64,000 bases of DNA from Promethearchaeia archaeon. GTDB taxonomy: Archaea; Asgardarchaeota; Lokiarchaeia; Sigyniarchaeales; SOKP01. Below the pieces are notes generated by a model, which was not told the DNA's origin, did not search any database, and saw nothing but the letters and a program-made list of their open reading frames with translations. Position 1 is the stretch's first letter. The number at the start of each line of letters is the position of its first letter. Position numbers and translations under genes: made by a program. Positions 58,336 to 64,000 of this stretch are shown here, piece by piece. The stretch lies in the NCBI GenBank assembly GCA_029856155.1, contig JAHQWL010000023.1, positions 155,757-219,756 on the forward strand, in the 5' to 3' direction.

Positions 58336-59481
58336 CTATGTAAGGGATAATTCCTTTAGAATGTTTTTTGGAGCTTTAAATACATGAATATCATCTTGAT
58401 GTATACCAATTACTAATTTCTGTCCTGGAGTAAAGTTTTCTTCGAAATTTCCTGGTTTTACTGATAAGAACTTATCACCATTATCCAATTTTAAATAAAA
58501 TCTTTTAGTTGCTCCGATAAATCTTGATATCTCTAAACTAGCTTTAAATAACTGAATTTTTGACCAATCATACTGACTATTTTCGAAATCATAATCCTCT
58601 GGAAATAAATATACATCTTCATAACGAAATGCAATTACAATATTATCATCTAGGCTAAAAATTTTGTCAACATTGTAATAATTTAATTTAGGACCCCCTA
58701 AACGAATATTTACTGTCATCTCTTCATTCTCAAGCAACTTAAACACAAAACCCTGAAGAAAATTTGTTTCACCTAAAAAATTAGCAACAAATATACTATT
58801 AGGATTTTCATATAATTCAAAGGGAGTTCCCATCTGAAGAAGTTTTCCTGCTCTCATAATTATTATTTTATCCGCTATTGCCATAGCTTCCTGTTGATTA
58901 TGGGTAACGTGGAGAGCAGTAAGACGTAGATCTTTTATTAAATTTCTTAGCTCATGACGAAAAACTTTTGATACTTTTGGATCCAATGATCCTAAAGGTT
59001 CATCCATAATTAGAATTTTTGCTCCTGTTGCTATAGCTCTTGCTATTCCTAATTTTTGTAGACCAGGATTTCCAAATATTGAGGGATAATCATCAGCGTA
59101 TTGTAATAAATCAACTGTTTTGAGGGCTTTTTCAGCTTTTTCGATTATATAATCATCATCATACCCCCGTATTTCTAATCCAAAAGTTATGTTTTCCCAA
59201 ACTGTAAGATGGTCAAATATTTCAAAATGCTGAAAAATAAAACCCATATCTCTATCTTCCGGAGGAATTCCCTCAACATCTTTTCTATCAATTAATATTT
59301 CCCCCTTGGTAGGTTTTTCTAAACCTGCAATCATTCGTAGAGTTGTTGTTTTCCCACACCCGGTTGGACCGATAAGAAATACATAGTCACCATCTTCAAT
59401 TTTCACAGATATATTGTCTACAGCAAGAACTCTTCCATCATCGAATGTTTTAGAGACATTAATTAATTCAATAGTTGGAAT
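58336..59481 (-). CDS. ABC transporter ATPase (CysA/PotA-like) with degenerate signature motif
   Basis: GPTGCGKT, LIMDEP, HVTH; the signature reads FGNPG. The in-frame N-terminus IPTIELINVSKTFDDGRVLAVDNISVKI extends to ATT 59481 (track starts at 59406). Confidence 0.9.
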   Translation of the reverse strand: MPTIELINVSKTFDDGRVLAVDNISVKIEDGDYVFLIGPTGCGKTTTLRMIAGLEKPTKGEILIDRKDVEGIPPEDRDMGFIFQHFEIFDHLTVWENITFGLEIRGYDDDYIIEKAEKALKTVDLLQYADDYPSIFGNPGLQKLGIARAIATGAKILIMDEPLGSLDPKVSKVFRHELRNLIKDLRLTALHVTHNQQEAMAIADKIIIMRAGKLLQMGTPFELYENPNSIFVANFLGETNFLQGFVFKLLENEEMTVNIRLGGPKLNYYNVDKIFSLDDNIVIAFRYEDVYLFPEDYDFENSQYDWSKIQLFKASLEISRFIGATKRFYLKLDNGDKFLSVKPGNFEENFTPGQKLVIGIHQDDIHVFKAPKNILKELSLT

Positions 59482-59483
59482 TT

Positions 59484-61184
59484 TTATATCACTCCTCTTT
59501 TTCTGACAATTCTTAAAGCAAATATTAGGAACGAGCTAAAAATTATAATAATAACACTTGCAAAAATTGCACTTGCATAAGCATTTGCTTCAACCCAATC
59601 AACAATCAGCACAGGAATGGTTCTAATATTTCCCATTACTACAATTGTGGCACCTGTTTCACCCAAAGATCGCGTAAATACCATGATACACCCTGCAATA
59701 ATTCCCTGTTTTATATTAGGAAGAGTTATTTTTCTAAACACTGTAAGATTTGAAGCTCCTAAAGTACGGGCTGCTTCTTCAACTCCTTTATTTGAGCGTT
59801 CAAGAACTCCAATAATTGGACGAACCATATAAGGAAATGTAAATGCAATATGGACAAATAAAATCATAAAAAACCCTGATTGGAATAACCCTAACCCTGC
59901 AGGACCCCAAAAAAGGAATGTTGCAAATCCCAAAGCAGCTGAAGGAATTGCAATTGGAATATCTAAAATTGTATCTAATAATGTAATAACTTTGCCCCAT
60001 TTTCTTTTTGTTATTATAAAAGCAAATGGAATCCCAAAAATAAGATTTATAACAACAGCTAAAGCACCAATAGTAATTGAATATATTAAACTAACATATA
60101 AATATACCCATTTGTAATCTTGACCTAAGAACATTTCCTCTATTAAATTTTCGCCAAATATTTCAATTATTATATAGAAAGCAGGGATAAGTATAACGCT
60201 TAAGAGAATTGTTAGAGCTAAAATATCCCTTAAATATCTTATATACTTATGACTAAGAAATCGTTCTATTCTTGGCCAAACAGATTTTATAGGGAATCCT
60301 GTTTTTCGTGTTAAAAATTTTATTGAAAAAAGAAGTAAAAGGGAAATTGCAATTAATATACCTGCTAATAAAGAAGCAGATGGTAATTCTAATTGTCTTC
60401 TAAACCCTACAATCAAAATTGGTGCGGTTTCTACTAAGCCTGAAAGAATAATTGTAGCACCGGTTTCACCAAGACTTCTTGTAAAAGCAAGAACAGCACC
60501 AGCTATCAACCCTTCTTTCATCAATGGAAGGGTGATAGTTCTAAAGACTGTAAAACCTGAGGCTCCTAGAGTTTGAGCTGCTTCTTCATATAAAGTAGAA
60601 GTTTTTTCTAACACTATTTTCAAATTACGTACAATGTAAGGAAAGGTAAATACTATATGACCTAATAGTATTAGTGTAAATCCGGGTTCAATTTTAAATA
60701 TTCCCCAAAATAACAAAACAGAAAAACCTAACGCACTTGTAGGAACAGCCATTGGCAGATCTACTAATGCATCTAGAATTTTTTTTCCTCTAAAATTATA
60801 GCGAGTTAATATAATTGAGATAGGAAAAGCAATTATGATATCAATTCCAACAGCAATCGCTGCAATTGTAAATGAATACCCCAGTGAGCTCAATATATTA
60901 AGCCATTGCAGATTTCCCAATAATTCATCATTAAATACATCTCGATTTATTGTTGGGATATTTAGAAATATCGTGGAAAAAATGTTAATTATTGGACCAA
61001 TGATCACTAAACCAAAAAATAATATTACAATTGTATCTAAACTTTTTCGATATACTGGTTTAGAAAAAAATCTATCTATCCTTAAGCCAATAGGAAGTTG
61101 TAATTCTTCCTCAACTGCTTTTTCTTCTGAATATTGGATATTTTTATTGCGACGTTTAAGATTTTTAATAATTAATCCTCTCAA
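59484..61184 (-). CDS. Fused two-domain ABC permease (CysT/CysW/ModB-like)
   Basis: Two copies of DLP.A.P.....G, FTFPY.VR, EEAA.TLGAS..TVFR.ITLP and FTRSLGETGATI. Confidence 0.92.
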   Translation of the reverse strand: MRGLIIKNLKRRNKNIQYSEEKAVEEELQLPIGLRIDRFFSKPVYRKSLDTIVILFFGLVIIGPIINIFSTIFLNIPTINRDVFNDELLGNLQWLNILSSLGYSFTIAAIAVGIDIIIAFPISIILTRYNFRGKKILDALVDLPMAVPTSALGFSVLLFWGIFKIEPGFTLILLGHIVFTFPYIVRNLKIVLEKTSTLYEEAAQTLGASGFTVFRTITLPLMKEGLIAGAVLAFTRSLGETGATIILSGLVETAPILIVGFRRQLELPSASLLAGILIAISLLLLFSIKFLTRKTGFPIKSVWPRIERFLSHKYIRYLRDILALTILLSVILIPAFYIIIEIFGENLIEEMFLGQDYKWVYLYVSLIYSITIGALAVVINLIFGIPFAFIITKRKWGKVITLLDTILDIPIAIPSAALGFATFLFWGPAGLGLFQSGFFMILFVHIAFTFPYMVRPIIGVLERSNKGVEEAARTLGASNLTVFRKITLPNIKQGIIAGCIMVFTRSLGETGATIVVMGNIRTIPVLIVDWVEANAYASAIFASVIIIIFSSFLIFALRIVRKRGVI

Positions 61185-62305
61185 GCTGTTGCTTTACAAA
61201 GTAACCATAAATCTGGGATTTTTAATAATACATCTCCGTCCAAAGGGGTTCTCATTTCAGATATATTCAACTCAAAGGCAATCCCATTAGTTTCATAATT
61301 AAAAACTGCAGGATCTAATGGAATAGACAGATCAATAGGTCTAAAACCGTATTGTATAGCAGACTCAATAGTCTCATTTCTATTAAGAAAATCTAAAAAA
61401 GCTTCTGCTACAGTTCTTTGTTTAGGAGTTATCCAATCAGCATTTAATATGCAAAATGGATGATCACTATATAGAGTACCTTCTTCTGGATAGATCGCTA
61501 TTATTTTTCCTCCTGTAGCAGTGCTAGAAATATCTCGTATCAAATTTTCATATAAGAAGGCTATATTTAAAGCACTTGGTCCTTGGCTTTTCATATATCG
61601 TGCTAAAAAACCTGTTGATTTTCCATATAACACAGCTCTAGATTCAAATTCTCTTAGCCATTGTTGATTGGCAGGATTAAGAAGATCTGTCATTGAAAGA
61701 TTTTCTGAAGCAGTTCCTGAAACCGCGGATAATGCCATTATCACACTCATGAAACCAGAATTTGATAAACGTGGGTCAGTATGAGCCATTCTAACATTTA
61801 CATTTGGATTGATACTTAGATCATGGACATCTGCAAAACTTTTAATATTGTACGTATGATTAAACGCTTCCCAAGTAGCAATTACTATAGGGGAATATAT
61901 TATCTTTACAGCATCACTAAGATTTAATATAGGATCTATGCTTTTAGTTAAATCTGCCCATTTTTTATTTAATATAGACATCCAAATTGAACTAGCAGGG
62001 CTCCAAATCGTTGGAAATATCTCATTATTTAATATAGAAATTATTGAATCTGAAGAACCATACGGATGCATATCGATACTAATTGGGTTACCTGGATGTA
62101 AATTCTGCCACTCATTCATAAAATCTGAATAAGCAACAGTCATCCAACTTGCTTTTTCAGAACTATAAATTATTGTTATGTGGGTTTTCTGTCCTGCATC
62201 CCCAAGTATAAGATTGGCAGAGAAGTTTCCAATAAGGAACCCTAATATAAAAAAAAACACCACTTTAATCTTAATCTGCTTTTTAATTTTGCGTGGTTGA
62301 TTCAT
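61181..62305 (-). CDS. ABC substrate-binding protein (type II, oxyanion-binding-like) with N-terminal anchor
   Basis: TM anchor, SSEKASW, WSPASS, SPIVIA, TDPRLSNSG, YEN, YPEEGTLYSDHP, YGFRP. Overlaps the start of the permease ORF. Confidence 0.82.
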   Translation of the reverse strand: MNQPRKIKKQIKIKVVFFFILGFLIGNFSANLILGDAGQKTHITIIYSSEKASWMTVAYSDFMNEWQNLHPGNPISIDMHPYGSSDSIISILNNEIFPTIWSPASSIWMSILNKKWADLTKSIDPILNLSDAVKIIYSPIVIATWEAFNHTYNIKSFADVHDLSINPNVNVRMAHTDPRLSNSGFMSVIMALSAVSGTASENLSMTDLLNPANQQWLREFESRAVLYGKSTGFLARYMKSQGPSALNIAFLYENLIRDISSTATGGKIIAIYPEEGTLYSDHPFCILNADWITPKQRTVAEAFLDFLNRNETIESAIQYGFRPIDLSIPLDPAVFNYETNGIAFELNISEMRTPLDGDVLLKIPDLWLLCKATA

Positions 62306-62451
62306 AATCTTCTAAGGGTCATTAAACTTTAGTTTAAATAAATGATCTAATAAAATTATCTAAATAAGTGAACAAGATTCCACATATTATCCCTAACATT
62401 AATATAATCAGAAACAAGGTTCGTCTTTTCATAAGACTTGCTTATTAAAAC

Positions 62452-62563
62452 ACTATATATATTTTTTTCTGTTTAAATTCAAACTTATATTTGAAATTAA
62501 TTTGTTGTGAGTTATTTGAATAGTTTTACTATATATCATATATATCCTATATAGAGATATATA
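62452..62563. promoter_or_regulatory. Phased TATATA array upstream of the ABC operon
   Basis: TATATA at 62530, 62539 and 62548 (9-bp period), at 62558, and near 62454. Confidence 0.5.
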
Positions 62564-62578
62564 ATTTGGACTTATTAA

Positions 62579-64000
62579 TTATAATAAACTTTTTCCGACA
62601 ACACTCTTGTGTGGTGTTTTTCCTAAAATATTCAGTAATGTAGGGACAATATCTGTAATTTTACAATGAGAAATTTCTTTATGAGGAATTTCTAAGGAAC
62701 CTCCTACTATTAAAGGAACATTCATGCATTTTCTTAGACCTAAATCATGATTTGAAATATTCTTACCCATCTGTTTTCCATGATGAATGTTGTACACTAT
62801 ACTTCCATCATTGCTAAGAATGATGTCTGCACTTCGGGGATTTTTAAAATGGCGTGGTATTAAGTCTGGCAGCATAGGATAATCAAGATGATAAGTTGCC
62901 ATTAACCATTCTTGAGTTGTATGGAATTTATTATCTAAGAGTTGACAGGCTGTTGTATCATTAAAGTAATTAAACACATCATTTTCTTCATCATTTGGTA
63001 TATATCTTGTTTTATAATCAAGGCCAGTTCCTTGATATTCAATGATAGATGTTAATATTTGGTTATTATCTTTACATCTTTTCTTTAAATATATAATTCC
63101 TTTTTGAGAGGTATTATTATCACCTCGATAAAACATCAATTGACTAGCTTCAATCTTGAATAATTGATTTATTAAATTTATTTTATTTGGACCATATGAT
63201 TCAAGATCCATCAGAGTGGGGTGCGACCATTGATATTTCTTATCTGAATTATTTGTTCCTTTAAAATAAAAGAACCCTACACCATCATATTTAGCTAGAT
63301 CAAAATTCCCTCTTTTTTTTTTTCGAGGATGGTATTGTATTAATTTATTTCGATTAAGAAATGACTGCAAATTTCCTAACCTATCCGCTTTATAGTTTCC
63401 ATGATCTGAAGTAATTGCAATTACGGTATCGTTTAAATAACCCAATTTATCTAATTCGTTAATTAGAAACCCTAATACTTTATCTATATGTAACAAATTT
63501 AATTTATATATTCGTGAATTAGATCCAAATAAATGTAATAATATATCAGAAGACGCAAACCAGAGTAAAGATGCTATTGGTGGTTCTTTATTATTAAAAA
63601 ATTTCTTTGGATTCTTAAAATTCTCTAATAATTTTTGAACTACTAATGAATTTGCTCTAATCATTGTTTTTTTTGTATTCTGGGAGTAATATAAAAGAAG
63701 ATAAAATAAAGCAAGTTTAGTTCTTCTTTCAGGGTAGAAATATTTTGTACCTCTGTTAATAAACTGGGTAATACTTGTAGTATTTCCTTCTCCTACCATC
63801 TCGAGGATAGTTCTGCAATTATTTCCTAGATCTTCGTTTATCTTATAAATTTGCATATCTTTGGCAGCATAATTCCTTAGACTTGGAGGAGTTTTATCAC
63901 GATCCAGCCAATCCATTAAAGGAACTCCATGGCAAAATTCTTTTCTAAAATCACCAGTATAGGTTCCAGTAATCATCGATACTTGAGTTGGATAGGTCAC
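62579..64000 (-). CDS. Alkaline-phosphatase superfamily nucleotide pyrophosphatase/phosphodiesterase, 5' end outside the window
   Basis: TYPTQVSMITG (catalytic Thr motif), DILLHLFG, ITSDHG, NHDLG, VPLIVGG, ITDIVPTLL. Confidence 0.85.
   Translation of the reverse strand: MTYPTQVSMITGTYTGDFRKEFCHGVPLMDWLDRDKTPPSLRNYAAKDMQIYKINEDLGNNCRTILEMVGEGNTTSITQFINRGTKYFYPERRTKLALFYLLLYYSQNTKKTMIRANSLVVQKLLENFKNPKKFFNNKEPPIASLLWFASSDILLHLFGSNSRIYKLNLLHIDKVLGFLINELDKLGYLNDTVIAITSDHGNYKADRLGNLQSFLNRNKLIQYHPRKKKRGNFDLAKYDGVGFFYFKGTNNSDKKYQWSHPTLMDLESYGPNKINLINQLFKIEASQLMFYRGDNNTSQKGIIYLKKRCKDNNQILTSIIEYQGTGLDYKTRYIPNDEENDVFNYFNDTTACQLLDNKFHTTQEWLMATYHLDYPMLPDLIPRHFKNPRSADIILSNDGSIVYNIHHGKQMGKNISNHDLGLRKCMNVPLIVGGSLEIPHKEISHCKITDIVPTLLNILGKTPHKSVVGKSLL

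Noticed and set aside
57101-62305. Calling the ABC operon cysPTWA, modABC, wtpABC or pstSCAB
   Set aside because: The permease is family-similar, but the SBP matches none of these by eye and the genomic context points to phosphate. No gene symbol assigned.
1-64000. tRNA/rRNA genes and IS elements
   Set aside because: No GC-rich structured RNA stretch, transposase ORF or terminal inverted repeats were seen. A tRNAscan/Infernal run would be needed to exclude small RNAs.

Overview
AT-rich archaeal chromosomal window, very probably an Asgard archaeon (Lokiarchaeia-like). This is inferred from a Rab-like GTPase, a longin-domain protein, a proteasome alpha subunit, PolB2, an AbrB-PhoU fusion, several FadD paralogues and GGAGGTGA/GGTGA Shine-Dalgarno sites. 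I found no rRNA, tRNA, CRISPR array or transposase. Contents in order: (1) a >1229-aa helical-repeat protein missing from the ORF track, with 369-bp near-identical tandem repeats, next to a wHTH gene, psmA and a Rab-like GTPase; (2) a fatty-acyl-CoA/sirtuin cluster; (3) a split PolB2 module (inactive RadA-like gene, then a small helical protein plus PolB2) whose halves share an upstream motif TTAGAAAATT-N5-TGTAT-N5-TTTTA and whose products end in PIP-box-like tails; (4) GH20, FadD and a Liv-type ABC operon ending in a HEAT-repeat gene; (5) a 3288-aa almost entirely transmembrane protein with recent internal duplications; (6) GH4, a DapL-like aminotransferase, an MFS transporter and redox genes; (7) a ~12-kb phosphate island (PhoU, three DUF47, PiT, a phosphodiesterase) holding a non-Pst oxyanion ABC importer with one apparently degenerate ATPase site and 9-bp-phased TATATA arrays upstream of its genes. 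Several genes appear to start at ATT, ATA or CTG codons behind good SD sites. All functional calls come from motif recognition by eye; no searches were run.
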